A program made the translations under genes and the position numbers. Of a stretch of DNA of 64,000 nucleotides, positions 36,662 through 51,600 are shown piece by piece; position 1 is the first letter of the stretch; every line of letters starts with the position of its first letter. This DNA is from Phoronis australis (Eukaryota > Animalia > Phoronida). The stretch is taken from positions 124,001-188,000 of the forward strand of contig NMRA01000078.1 of NCBI GenBank assembly GCA_002633005.1, read 5' to 3'. The notes under the pieces are model-generated. The model ran no database searches. It was not told the origin of the DNA and worked only from the letters and a program-made list of their open reading frames with translations.

Positions 36662-39600
36662 GTAAGTCACCACCAGGTGTCTCTCACCGCATAAGCCCAG
36701 GAAACACATTTCTTCATGCTTTCCTAATGTCGCCCGTAGATTTTCGTAGTGGATATACAGAATTGTAATACGTACATATTAGGGTTATGTATAGGGTTTT
36801 AATTCTTCAAATTTTAATGTTAAAAAGTATGAGGAAAATAATTATGGTTATGAGTTTTTATACTGTTCCTCTGCATTTAAGATACATACTGCAGTTTGAC
36901 ACTTTGGTGACACAGAGTAAGTTGGTAACAAATGGGAACATTTAGGAAATTGCATTTCATGGAACATGAAAACAGCATTTCATCTTATTTAGCTGGCTTG
37001 AAAAACCAAAAACGAATTAGGCCTCTTACTCTCATAAAACCAGTCTCGTAGTATTCCTCAACGCGATAGCATTTTATTTTTGTTACATAACTCCTGAAGC
37101 ATTTTGTCAAGTCGCTAATGATTTTGCTGTTCACACTGGTAATGGAATCACGGCAAGGGATATTATTAGACCGATGTCATGAGAGTAAAAGACCTTTCCA
37201 TTTTTATCCAGCTAAACACGACGGAATGCAGCTTTAACATATCAGTTATTGGTGACTGACACAGAATAACATTTAGTAAATTTATGTTTTTTCGTTCATC
37301 GTCAATTGTAGTCATTATTGTGGTGGGAAAAATTGCTTTAAATTTCACTCCATTTGATTGATTAACTCAATAAATTCTCCATTATGTTCTATGATACTGT
37401 GATTAAAGGCTACTTGTTGATTTAACGCAGAAGATTAAACTTTAAGTAATACGTAATCAATATTTCTAGTATTTGATGATGACTGTAAACGCATTGGGAG
37501 CAGTGTTTTTCATAATTAAACCGCAACTTTGTAAAACAGACTGCAGGTCTGATAATGCGAAATAAACAGTTGCACGAACTGTATACAATGGATGACAAAA
37601 TGACATCCCACCACTTTAAACCATGTTCTTGAAATATACAGCAAGCACAATCAAACTTGTGCAGGATATACGTTTTTAGGTTTTATGCAGCGCAGCCCTG
37701 GCCTGTAACAAGACTCGAATCTAGCACTGACCAACAGCGTGTAAACTTTCAAATTTTAAGCATTGTGATCGGTCAATTTTTGTGTCGAGTCTAGAGTTAA
37801 GTTTGCAGTTCATGGTCCCAGGCGTGCATGCACCATTTCTGTTAGCACCTGTCTGTCTCTTATAGGTATGGCCTACGCCCTCCTGGCCAGTATGTCGCCT
37901 GTCAACGGGCTTTATGTATCATTCTTTCCCGTCCTTGTGTATTTCTTCTTCGGCAGTTCAAGACACATATCTATTGGTAAGTATGTTCAGTGTGTAGGAA
38001 GATGACCGTGTCTCTAAGGTTTGTGACAAAAGACACGCAATCTAGTGTCGAATAGCATTATGCAGGTCTTGGAATTTTCCTCTTTTAAGAGATATTCCTC
38101 TTATTTGATTTTCATTTTCCTCTTCATCTCGTTCTTATCATTATTTTGACTCTTAGTGCAAAAACATTTATTTCAATTAAATTTTACAACACAAAAATAT
38201 GTCTATCACATAAACCTATTTGTTGAACGATACATCACCTGGAAAATTTTCCTCTTATTTTTGTCATGGGGACAGGGTGTTCCAAGCCATGGGGACAGGG
38301 TATTCCGAGTCATGGGGACAGGGTATTCCAAGTCATGGGGACAGGGTGTTCCAAATCGAGGGGACAGGGTGTTCCAAGTCATGGGGACAGGGTCATTCCA
38401 AGTCATGGGGACAGGGTCATTCCAAGTCATGGGACGGAATGTTCCAAGTCATGGGGACGGGATGTTCCAAGTCATGGGGACAGGGTATTCCAAGTCCTGA
38501 TTATGTTTAGAAGGCTGATTTAATAAATTTAGCGAAAAAGAAAAACAGAAGAATTTGTTCTCCAGCACACAAGGTCAACTAAAATGAACAACGACATTAA
38601 AAGGCATTTGTGTACATAAAATCTAGTCATGAATTCACACAATCTTGTGTTGTATTGCTGGGGTCATAAAATGCAAGCTAGGATTTTACAATTACTCACG
38701 TAAGACAGTATGCATGCGATAGTAGGATAATAGACACTTATTTTGAGGCTGCACAAAAGCAAAATAGAAAATTTCAAAAATAATTTTGAATTCAATTTCA
38801 AGTTTATAAATCAAACATTTTTCTTTGGTGAAACGCATGCTTACAACAGCGTACATGAATCCATTTAATTCAGCTAAAACTATTCCAACAATCCCTCACA
38901 GTGATAGTGAATTTTGAGAACCAGTTTGATGCCTGATATTCAGTGGAGAAAACTGGTTCTCAAAATAAGGGACCCCTGAAAGTGTTGACTATTGCCTCTC
39001 CCTCTCCTCCCTCCCTCCCTCCCTCCCTCCCTCCCTCTCTTTCTATTGTGTTGGTGAGTTGTTGACCCGCTGAGCTGTTGACGATGAGATAATCCACATG
39101 TTCTTGCTATTTCATCTGGCACTTTGATCACATTCCAAGATTAACTTGTAGATCAATCAACAGTGTGATAGTGTTAACTGATAAACAAGAGGACAGAGAG
39201 TGTGTACACTGACTGAATATGGAAACACTGATACTCTAACCTGGCTGAACTTTCACCCCTGGGATATGTTGCCTTTGAATCTTCTTCATTGAAAAAAACT
39301 TTTGTCTAGAAAAATGTTCAAATTTTGCTAACTTTGGAACATCATATCTCAGAAAGGGTTCATCGGATTCATATGAAACTTTTGGATTTTATGCTTTATG
39401 GTCTGTCATCCAAAATGCTGATAGAAATTGTTCTTAAAAATTTTCACTTTTCAGGAGTGTCTTCAAAATAGCACTTTGATGTTTTTCATGTAAAAAAGTT
39501 GCATAAAAAACACAATGGGAGGTTTTTGATGTTTCGTCTTGGAACATTTCTTTCAAATGAAATTTTGCCTTGTTGTTGATAACATTGTTTTGCTGTGATT

Positions 39601-42600
39601 GTACCTTTGTTTTTTCGCTAAATTGTGCTAAAATGACATTTGTATGAAGTTAAAGCTAAAAAATACAACTTCTTTATCAAGAAACGCCACACGCAACCAA
39701 CTTGCTACTTTTTGCCATTTCCAGTCATGTGGTAAGGGTCCAACAAATAATCGAATTGTAATCGAATCGTCATACCGCAACAACGGATTTCGATATCGCT
39801 ATTTTGATTTGATTCTTTGTTCCAATTTTTGCCATTAGGTGTCTTGTTTGTATCTTTTCAAGAGTATTACTGAGGTATTGAACAAATAAAGAACTCGGAT
39901 CATTCATTAGTTGGAATCTTATCATATTCAACAATTTTGTTGCTAAAATTGATACAAGTGTTTAGGTAACTTCTTATATTTGAGATAAAATGAATTAATT
40001 TGACAAACAAGAATCGAACTGAAAACAATCAAATTCCTCTTAAAAAGAATCGAATTGTATCAAAGTTGTAAAAATGTGTATGGTCCCACCTATAAGTGTT
40101 GGCACTGGGCTCTGTCTACAGGTACGTTTGCTGTCATTTGTTTGATGGTTGGTTCAGTCGTAGAGCGAGAGTGCCCTGATTCTGAGGATGAAGTATCAAC
40201 CAATTACACGCTAATTGTCAACGACACCAGTGGCTATGGTAACGACACGGCCACCACTAATGGTGGAGGGGACAGTTGCAAAGTCAAGGTCGCTGTCACT
40301 CTAACTCTGATGGTCGGAGTGTTTCAGGTGAGTGTTGTTTCTCATTCTGATCGTGGACATTTCTTGCTTTTTAAATTCTTAAAGTGAAGAAATTACTTTC
40401 TGCCGCAAACGACTGGTTTGCTCTGTGGTAATTCTTCATTTCGCGCACAAATTCTGTTTTAAATTTTTTCCTCAAAAATAAAGTTTAGTTACACTTTAGT
40501 CTATTACAAGCGTGGTTTTCAGTGTGCGTAGATGTCCTAAAAAGCAACGTTTTCTTAAGTTATCATTATTTGCTAAAAGGCCACCGAAAAATGGAAAATT
40601 AACTATGTTCATTGGTAATTGTTTTGTGCAAGATAAGCGGAAAATTACCGCATACTTACCAGAGTATTAAAATGATCTTTTCATGTTCCTTGCTCAAAGA
40701 TTAGTGGTGATTTCTTTGTTTGGGCAGAAATGACAGTTTGTTATTTTCTGACGCCACGCTCGGCACAAAGAGACCCACCGTGTAAAGCCATTATGATCTG
40801 ATACGACCCCAATCTGCAGTATCTTGACCTCATCTCTCACATTTCGTTCAGTTGCTGATGGGTATCCTCCGGATGGGCTTCGTCACAATCTACCTGTCTC
40901 AACCTCTGGTCAGTGGCTTCACCACAGGAGCTGCATGCCACGTCCTTACTAGTCAGATCAAGTACATTCTCGGCATTGTTCCGCGTGAGAGATTCAACGG
41001 TGCATTCAAATTGATCAAGGTAAGTTGTGGTATGGTTTCTCTTCATGCGTCTGCTTTAATTTTAAGTTAATTCGTAGATTTTATATTTGCTTTAATTTAT
41101 TGAAATTCTTGAATAAATTCACACACTCTATTGAGAAGTCCCTTGGAATGGTGGAAAACGCTTAAAAAGTTGCATATATGATGCTGTCAGAGACAATTCG
41201 TACATATGCAATGAGACCTTAAAAGTGATCTGATAATAATTCACACAACCCGTGCCTTCTAAAATTTTTAAATTCAAAATAAGACGAGGACTACAATTAG
41301 TAGATGCGCAAATTATAAATAAAAATAGTATTTGTTTGAAAGGGTTAATAAAAAATAAATGAGATTTTATTTTAATTTGCAGTTTATGCTGGTGTACAAT
41401 ATTAGCTATCTTGCTTTTATGTGATCTGCCTTGCATACATGAACTGAAACCTTTGCTCTTATTTGCCCGATACCTGGTGCAATAGTCTATTGTATACACC
41501 TGCCCCATCTGTGCTTCAACCACTGGTCTATGGCATGATTATATTTCAACTCGATGTCAAACTCAAGCTAAAACAAAGGCCAGTCTTATCTAATATACCG
41601 TATTTGCCCTAATAAGCACCCACCCATGACCCTCTAAGTGCCCCCCCATGCATTTTCAGACTTTGCTAAAATTAGCGCCCAGACCATGAACGTGTACATT
41701 GCGAAAAATGCCTTACCTAATAACAGTTCTAAAGTTCTAAACTAACGTCTTCAGTTTATCAATAAAGGCTTGAAATTGTCCGCTTTTAAGAGGATTTCCT
41801 CTTGTTTGGTTTTGATTTTCTCTTATTTGATTTCCAGATTCCTCTTTTTGCATCTCTTTTTTATCTTTATTTTGACTGTATTCATACAAAAACGTTTATT
41901 TCAGTTAAATTTTATAACACAAAAGATTTCTATCAGAGAAGCCTACTTGTGGAATGACATATCACCTGGAAAATTTTCCTTTTTCTTGTCATTGGTCATT
42001 CCAAGTTGTGATGTGTGCAGTTTTGATTACCTTGTGTATCGGTCACTCTAATATTGCTATTTCAGAACTACATCGAATTGTTTTCCCAAATTGAACACAT
42101 CGTATGGGCAGAACTGATCGCCTCTTGTATCTGCATACTAGTCATAGCTCTAACCAAGGAGTGTATCAACGCACGGTTCAAATCCAAGATGAAGATGCCC
42201 GTACCCATAGATCTCATAATTGTAAGTGATAAAAATTCTCATTCCTATACCGTGTGCTTTCTGTAGCCTAGCTGTTGAAAATGAAATTATTAAATGAATT
42301 AATATTTAAATGTCATGTCATAAACTTAAGTTCAATTGTCGTCATATCGTCTCTTGCGTACAAATAATTGGAAACATAGTGTACAATAGCCACATCCTGA
42401 AACTCCACACTGCCACTCAGAAATTTTGGAAATTACCCACAATGCTGTGGAGAATAGCTGCTGTTGCACACTGAGTTGCAATGGTGAAATCATTAAAACT
42501 GACAAACTTAGAAGCGGGTTCATTTGGTGGATTACCATTTGAAACCTAATTCAGACATGCAAAGCATTTTTTCCTCCATGAAAAAGTTGGGTTGGTTTCA

Positions 42601-45600
42601 CGCTGCACCTAATATTCTGTGTCCTAAGTTGTGAGCAGTTGTATCGTTGTTATAGTAACCGCGTAACGTTCCCTTTTGCAGGTCGTACTCGGCACACTCA
42701 TTTCCCACTTCGTGCATCTTCACGAAACATTTCAAGTAAGAATTGTTGGAGATATACCTACTGGGTATGTATTTGTTGAGAGTCTTGTTTAGACCTTCAC
42801 TTGTTCTCATGGTGAGCTAGTGTTTATAAGCACCTTGATAACCCCCCATTCTTGATGGAGGCTGGTCCTCACCTTACCAAGGACATCAGGACATCTTAGT
42901 GTTAGTGTGTGGATATTTGTAGAGTTTAACACTATACGTTTTTTTTACTTTGCTATGAAGTATTATTTTATCTGAGCTGTACGTGATATGGTTTGTAAAA
43001 TGGTAATGACTGTTAACTGGCGCGTGGATTGTTAGTGCAAAATGGCGGATTTCAAAACTTTCCCACTACCATATTTGATCGTGTAATTCACTCTTTGGTT
43101 GATTGACGTCAGACTTTTTACTGGATTGTCTTCAGCAACCTGGTCAGCAATTACTATGACCTTGATAAGGTGAATGAACAGTGCCCTCCATTGGTACATT
43201 TCCTCATTGCTTCTTATTTCAGCTTCCCCATTCCTCAGCCACCCAAAGCCCACCTGTTGGGAGATGTTGCTATGGATGCCTTTGTGATTGCCATAGTATC
43301 ATTCGCCGTCTCCGTGTCATTGGCCAAGATATTGGCGAAGAAAAATAACTACGAGATCGATTCAAATCAGGTCAGTCACAGATGGAACACATGGTGTTAA
43401 GTTTGTTTAGAATAAAACTAGGTGAAAAGGTTGTCTTGGATGTGTGTTCATATTGTGAAAAATATTGCTGCGCAATGTGGTCGTAACTAACATGGCAGCA
43501 ACACCGATTAGAATTTGGATGTTCAGTGACTACTCATCTGCCACTAATGGGATCTGATTTGGACCCACAAACGGGAACAGAAATGCACAGTCACGTCACT
43601 TTTTCAAAAATTTTCAAGTTTTGGACTTTCTTCCGGTTCAGGTAAACACGGGGACAATTCCACACCTGAAATGTTTACAAAATTACGGGTTTGGTTTGTT
43701 GGTGTACCCCTATAACAGTTGCAGCCATTGTATGCCTCTGGGTAATTAAGAAAGATTCAGATTAACCAAGTCCATGGCCAGGTAATAATTTTCGAAGTGC
43801 TTTTAATAGTAATTTACAGTGCTACTTTAATTTGGCCCGATTATTGTAATTGTTTTTAACTTTTAATTTTATTTGACGGCTCAAAATGTCAAAATGACGT
43901 CACACTAAACAAGCAAATAAGTTAGGGAGTTTGGTATGCTCAGGAATTTCAACTATCCAGAGAATGTGTATTGGATACGTGAGACAGTCTGTCATGACTA
44001 AATCGTTATATTGGATTTTCCATTTGACGGAAATGGAAATAGTTTTCAAAAATGGTAAAAAAAAGAAGCAAAAAGTTCAGAAACCTTCGTCATGAAAAAT
44101 ACGAAATGTAACAACACGACTCAATTCAAGGACTGTTGCTGTAAAATGTCACCAATGTAGGACACAATATGGCCGACAGGTGACACGTTTTTTCTCATAT
44201 TTTCATAAATGATGTGTAGTAACAAATTAGTGCTTTGCCGTATCCAAGTCCTATACCAAAGCTACAAAGAGACAGTATTTTTGAAAAATTGTGATCAATC
44301 ACAACAATTTTTGAAACCCTTGAAAAACGAAGAAAGTTTCTATTCCGGCAGTTGTTTGTCCGAAACTGGTGAGATTTTACCGTGTTTATGAACTGATTTT
44401 AAAAATCTTAAATGTGCTTCAGTGCCTGTTGACGACTCAGTGGATCAGTATATGACCGCCGATGTCAGATGATTCTTCAAATAATTTGCTCACAGTGCCC
44501 TCACGTCTCCGGTTGTGTGTTACAGGAACTAGTGGCCCATGGTATGACCAACATTGTCAGTTCATTCTTCAACTGTTTCACGGCCTCAGGCTCCTTGTCC
44601 AGAAGTCTGGTCCAGGAAACAATGGGGGGTAAAACTCAGGTAGGGCACTCGTAAAGAGATTGATGAGTGTATTAGTTGTCATGACGACTAGGTTGTCTTT
44701 CTGTGAGTATTTGTAACATTTGTTATGATTGGTGCACAGCTTGTCCAGGATGGAATAAACAGGTCGTAGTAATACACTTATGAATTAATTTATTTTGTCT
44801 TTGTTGTGCAAATCTATCAAATACTCATTAGTTTCGCTAACCAGCGAAAGGTTTCTTTTACTTTTATGTAACCGTAGCGACACAAATATTGCCTAACATT
44901 TGTAACACACTAACAGTTGTTTGAATATTGTTCAAGGCAGGTAACTTGCTAAGAACTTGTAGTTCATTTCACGGCTAATGAGAGACTGAGCTAATTATTC
45001 ATGTCTTACAATATATCCAGCTAGATGGCACTACTAGTACTACAATGTGATTAACATGCACAACATGACCACTTACTTCCCCTATAGGTGGCAGGCCTGG
45101 TCTCCTCCAGTCTAGTCCTGATTGTGTTGTTGGCTATTGGACAGTACTTTAGGTCACTACCAAATGTAAGTATTAGACATTACTCGTCAGTAGATGTAGA
45201 CCTGACAAGTCGAAGTGATCGCAATTTCGATGTTTTCTCCTTAAGAGGAACGTAAAGGCAGTGATATTTAAGGTCAGTGGTATTTACTGTTCTGTTCACT
45301 GATCAATGGACCAAGTACAAGGTTCCAAGTTTCTCATGGTATTAACTTGAATATTTACCGTGTTGTGATGGAATTGGAAAATGAGACTGTAACTTTTTTC
45401 ATTATCTCTTTGTATGGACCCGTACAATCTGTGACGCTTGTCTTGTCTGTTTACAGTGTGTCCTGGCTTCCATCATTGTGGTTGCTCTGAAGGGAATGTT
45501 TCTACAGTTCAAGGACTTGAAACACTACTGGAACATCAGCAAATATGACTTTGTAAGTTTACGCTGGTGTTGCTACTTTTAAATTTGTTGTCTTTTGTTG

Positions 45601-48600
45601 TCATGTCTGCACTGAAATTTTCAGTTTGTTGCCAAGAAAAGTTACTGCGTGAACAGTGCTATAGTGTGTAGTTTAAACCCATTTGGCGACGTAGCAAAGA
45701 TTGAAATTGTTTATTTTTTTTCGATTTTGTGGCAAAAGGAATGCCTAAACCACTTTTTTCAATGATTACATTCTTGAGATGACTTAAGTTTTACTAATTA
45801 AAAATTTTGTTTTATGATGGATGCACAGTGCAACCCATACTAATAATGTAGAAAATATTTTCTGACCAATTAAAACTTAGAATTTCGATTAAACAAAATT
45901 TCAAGTGTCGATCATATTGCTTGAAGCCATATCTGTGTGTTAATGAAGTGAACAGTGTTGTGGTAACAGTCTTTTAAAAATATTACATCCCACTGCCATC
46001 AAAAGTCTCCCATATGTATGTTTATGCTGGTCGCCATCAGTAGACTTTGTTATGTTTTATTCTTAGGCCATTTGGTTAATCACCTGGGCGGCTGTGGTCA
46101 TCCTGGATGTTGACTTTGGCCTGGGCATCGGTGTTGGGTTCTCCCTGCTGACAGTGGTGTTCAGGACTCAGAGGTACGGTCCATTCTGTCTGGCTGGGTC
46201 ACTGTGCTGTGATACCCTGTACATTGTAACCAATAGACCTTGGGCGTCTTTCTACAGGAGCCTGTTGGCTTTTTCTTTTGTTGGAAATCTGACTAGAAAT
46301 AGCCAAAAGTTAGTTATTTTTCTCTTGCCTTTCTGGAAATTGTTCGTCTTCTGTCTAGTCGAACAGAATATGGATTTCTGTCTTTTGTTTGAGTTATAGT
46401 CAAGGTCACTCATTGTTTGAGTTATAGTCAAGGTCACTCATTGTTTGAGTTATAGTCAAGGTCACTCATTGTTTGAGTTATAGTCAAGGTCACTCATTGT
46501 TTGAGTTATAGTCAAGGTCACTCATACAGTCTGCATTTATCTGTTAAGCTCACGTAATCCAGCAATTGTGTTATAAACAGCATGCACGATGCAAACTTTT
46601 TAAAAAAAAATCCAAACAATGTTCGACAAATGTTGTGAAGATGATTTGTTTTTTACTGACATACCAATACCATGATCAAACATATTTTGAACAGAGAAAA
46701 ACAGTTGACTTCCAGAGAAATCAGATTTCACTTTCACCTGCAGAATTCTTTGTGTTAATGTAAGCTGCAAAACACTCACTACCACAGCATTGTGTACCAA
46801 CGCAATAGGCTTGTTTGTCAAAATTAATGGAACGTGATTCTAGATTAGATGGTGATGTTGGAAATTTCTTGGTTTTAACAGTCCAGGGGAATAGTACATA
46901 ATGAGAAATTGGCCAATATTCTACTACTGAAAAAAACAATTTTCAGCACTTCTTTGTAATGGAGCTACTTATTTCATGTTGGTAGGCATTCTGTGCCAAA
47001 GTTACGATTCGTGTCTCATAACAAGTACTCACTGTCTGTCCTCATTATTTATGATTTTAACAATGACTGTTTTAATTATCTTGCAGGCCATATGTAGCGT
47101 CTCTAGGTCGCATCCCACACACGGACATTTACAAGGACACATCAGTCTATACATGCGTATGTATTGTCGGTGAAACACTGCTCCTCTATGAAACACTGCT
47201 ACTCTATGAAACACTGCTACTCTATGAAACACTGCTACTCTATGAAACACTGCTACTCTATGAAACACTGCTCCCTCTGTGGTTGGGCGTTAAGTTAAAG
47301 CCTCGCACAAAGTTAATTGGGTCGTGTTGAAAATGTGGATCTCGTTCTGTACAAAATCAAGATTGAAGCTGCAAATCGAGTTGTCGTGCAATCGATAGAC
47401 TCTACCTGGTCCACAGTGTATATTGTCTGTGTAAAATTAGAAAAGTAAAAACTATCAAAATAGGCTAAGTACCAAAACAGAAGGAAGAGAAATCTTTAAC
47501 AGATGGCACTGTCTGAGGCTTTAATAGTTACGGTAACATCAAGTCTGGCCTGCTACGCCATCTGTTGACCACAAATACCACCAGGCAATATTAAGTCTGG
47601 CCTGCCATGCCACCTGTTGGCCACAAATACCACCATGCAATATTTTGAAAAGTTCTAGACATTACCTAAAATGTTAGAACCCCTTGAAAAATAAAAAAAG
47701 TCACAATTCATTTATTTTTATCTGAAATTTGTGAGGTTTAACCGCACACTGTTGCTTTATTTTACCTGCCATTTTTTTCAGACAAAGGATTTACAAGGCA
47801 TCAAGATAATCCGTTTTGAAGCATCTCTTTACTATGCTAACGTGGAACACTTCCGTCAAAGGGTGTACAGCATGAGTGATGCTAACCCACTCACTATGGC
47901 TGCCCGTCGAAACAAATTCTTGGCCAATAAGAAGATAGAAGAGGCGGAGCTTCATAAAAAACAAGAGAAGAAAGAGCAAATGGTGGAGCTGGTTTGTTTT
48001 ATTTCTTAGCGTTGTGTAGGCGGGGGCTAGACATTGCTTGGCTTGGCTGGGGCTAGACACTGACTGACTTACTGGCTTGGCTGGGCTCAACACCTATTGG
48101 CTTGGCCTGACTTGGTAGAGGCTAGACATTATTTGGCTTGGCCTGACTGGGTAGGTTGTAATCCCTAATTGGCTTGGCCTGACTATGCTAGATGGCGTGG
48201 GACTGAGTGAACAGGCGCTGACCCAAATTGTCTTGGCCTGCCCGAGTAGGGTCTAGTACCTAATAAGCGACTCGATGTTCACGAGGTGGTGCTCAGAAAT
48301 AAAATTCCTTCTTTTTAACATTTGAATAGATTGAGAGCAGAAAGTAACTTCATCAACATGAGGACATTCTTGTGATAAGGGACCCACATGATTTGCCTGA
48401 ACACCGGCATTTCTATGGTAAGGTCCCTTGCTTCACTTGCGACACTTAGTGAATTTCGAGTTCCTCATTGGCTTGGCATGAATGGGACATAGAGGTGGGC
48501 TAGCCCTTGCTTTGCATGGTTTTGTCAAGTTGTGCAACTTCTGATTTACACACTTTAAAGATAGTGTCTTGTGGCGTATGGTGAAACCCAATGTTTCCAG

Positions 48601-51600
48601 AATTTTCTTGTATTCTGTATAAATTAATAAGTTTACCCAACTTATTAATTACTTCTTGCTTGCATCCTTGTCTTCTGCATGATTTTAAAGCAGAGTGAGT
48701 GGTGGTACTTGTTGAAACTATGTACTCCTCCATTTTCTATATTCATCTGAAAGTAACATTCCTGTATTTTTGTAAGAAAAAAAAATATTTTTGCTTGTTT
48801 TGGCACTATTTCCAAAACATATTTTGTTATACAAATATTTAGTTTATATTTAGGATTTCGTCACTTTGACTTTCTTCTGGATGCGGCAATTTCTGGTGAA
48901 TGTTATCTTAATGTTGTGCATTGCATGTCAGTAAAATCCGGCTCTTCTTTTTATTCTACGCACCCCCATGTTGTTGAGGAAAAGTAAATTGGCATGTTGT
49001 ACAAAAGAATAATTGCTGCAGATGTGTGCAAAGACTTTCATTTTAGCTGAAAATAAGCGTTGTCACTTATTAGTGCATGGTAGATTCTGACAATTTTTAC
49101 CCTCTAACGTCTAACCTTTCTCGCTTTTTATTGGGAAAGCAACTATTTTTAGTGCTAGTCTTACTTTTTTAAAATACAGATCCCTGGTTGTCTTGGAAAC
49201 GAGACATTTTTGTGCATAAATTACCGTTCCCGTGCCAGGTATTTACTTTCCAACAATGGGCCGCCATCTTGGTTCTGCAGTCACATACGTCCAGCAAACA
49301 GGAATGATTGACACAGACTGCATTCATTGGCGGGTCGGATATTATGCTTGCTCAAAGGCAGTGAATACAGAACCAAGATGCGGGTCTTCTGCTGAGCCAG
49401 TAGCGGCACTTTCTATTATTGTGTAGAGTGTAAAAATTCGACCGTGCAACAGAATTTAATATGAAAAAATATATATGGGAGGTAACAGGTGATCTCTATT
49501 TCTATTTGAAGTGTCATCAAAAGTAGTTGCTTGCCCTTTAAATGTGGTTTGTAACATCTCTTTTGTGGCAGTCTCAGTTGCACTGTTGCATGTTTGTCAG
49601 GTAACCTGAGATTTATATGCCTGTGTTTCAAGATTCTAGTTGTCCAGTAAGCAGCATTTTGCGCAGTGGTTCTGACTGTGGCCCGAGCAGGTCTGATGCA
49701 CAACAAATGCACCTGACCACCTGTTCTTTTGATGTGCAGCTGTAGATCACGATGGCTTTTAAATTATAGAGACACTTAAAGTGGTCATGAACCCACGTTC
49801 TGAGACAAGCTTTTGATTTAGCTCACACGCTGCTATGAAACTGATCTCAATTTGCTCTCAACTCAGTTGAGAAGTGATTTCTGGACTGTGATTATACTGT
49901 GCACGCAATGGAAGTCATGGTGTTATTATTTGGCTAAATAAGTCGACACGTTTCATTCTTACTTTGAAGTGGCTCATTTTGGCAGCTTAGTGTCCTGCTC
50001 AATGTGAATTCTAATATACCGTTCAGTGTCTTGGCCTTGTTGAACTTTGCTACCTAACATCTCATTACACTCTGCTGGTTCTAACAGAATGGTAACGTGG
50101 TGGACAAGACTGACCCGAGCACAAGTGTTGCCATGGAGGAAGAGCCTCTGGCCCCCGCTACAGATGTGGACTTACCCAAGTATGATGTTCACCATATAAT
50201 ACTGGACTGTTCCATGATGAGCTACATCGACACTGTGGGGGTGGGAGTGTTGGGACAGTTGATAACTGAGTACAAGAAAATTGGCATTGACGTGTTTCTG
50301 GCCAACTGCAAAGGTGAGAAGGTTGGGTTAATTGAGTGGCTGGATGAGTGTTGGATATTGACTTCAGCTTACGTCATTTTTAAACCATGTAGAATGACAG
50401 GTTAGTTATTGTATATTGTTTCTGTTTGTTGCTGTGGTGACGTCAGAGGGTAGGCACCGGGGTAGTCTCAGGCCCTCCTCCTTCCAGTATCGCACGCAAT
50501 GTAAATTTGGAGATGCAACCAAGTTCGTGCTGGTTACACACTCTTCGATCTTTTCCCTTGATACAAGTTTTTGCTGCATCTTCGTATTGCAATCCTCGCT
50601 CTATGAGGCGCTTTGTTGCTCATCTCTCCTGCTGTTGTACAATCTCGGCATCTGTAAGCGATGTATACTGTATTCTCATATGAAATGAGATTTCTGAAAA
50701 GTCTCATATTTTTCTGCCTGATTCAGTTTAAGAGTGATTGTAACTAATAGGTTTCCAGAGGTGGTTTCATTTTAATCTCGTATTTTTCCAAAATTATTTT
50801 TAATTTGTTATAATTTGCTTTCAAAAACTCGCATTCCATGTTGCTACTCTGTCAACACCTCGGTGACAAATTAGCAGATAATGCCTTGTCATGACCAAAC
50901 ACAATTGCCCAGTTGACACAGCCAGGTTTAGTTCTTACTGTTGCCACCAGGGGGTTAACTGTTAATACTTCCTCAAGGGGGATAGCACAGGGTTTGCCAT
51001 GAACTTCTTAGTTGACTGTGTTGCCATGGTACTCGACGATGTTACTACTGAACACGTTAATAAGAAGCTCGAACAGTATTAAGAAATTGAATTTTACATT
51101 AAATTCACTTTATTGGGGAGAAATTTCTGATAATAAAAAGATTGTGTGTGACTTGTTTCAGATTACACTTGCATGGGGATGAATTTTTTGTCCATTTGCA
51201 TTTTTAGCTGGCGTACGTGACATGTTGTTCCGCGCTGGTTTCTACGACAGCCACGACAAGGAGATCCTGTACGTGTCTACCCATGATGCAGTGCTTGCTG
51301 CGGTGCACAAGCGACTTGATATCCTGGAGGAGGTGGGTGGGTCATGTGACATTGTAATACAAAGTCGTAATTAACGCAGTTCTTGGTTTATTTACTAGTT
51401 CTGAACATATTTCTCGGCTCTTTAATTACCAAAATCGGCTTCGATTTCATTTCTTTAAATACTGACCTGTTTCTTTCTGGAACAGAAATCTGCAGAGAAT
51501 GTTGTGAGAGCTCAGTCAACCACCTGCAATGCAGGTGATGAATATTTCCTTCTGTTCTGTTCTGTTGCATGTTTTTCACACTGATGAAGACTCAAACAGT

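Noticed and set aside
38156-38523. Overlapping ORFs with repeated peptides (SKSWGQG, PSHGDRV)
   Set aside because: Translations of the 23-bp minisatellite; no splice or homology support
39000-39040. (CCCT)n tract as a regulatory element
   Set aside because: Ordinary short microsatellite
41596-41700. TACCGTATTTGCCCTAATAAG Tc1/mariner-like terminus
   Set aside because: No partner terminus found; too fragmentary to delimit
48330-48417. Possible extra exon in the STAS variable loop (TAG acceptor, G|GTAAGG donor)
   Set aside because: In-frame TAA after five codons and incompatible phase; at most a poison exon, with no support
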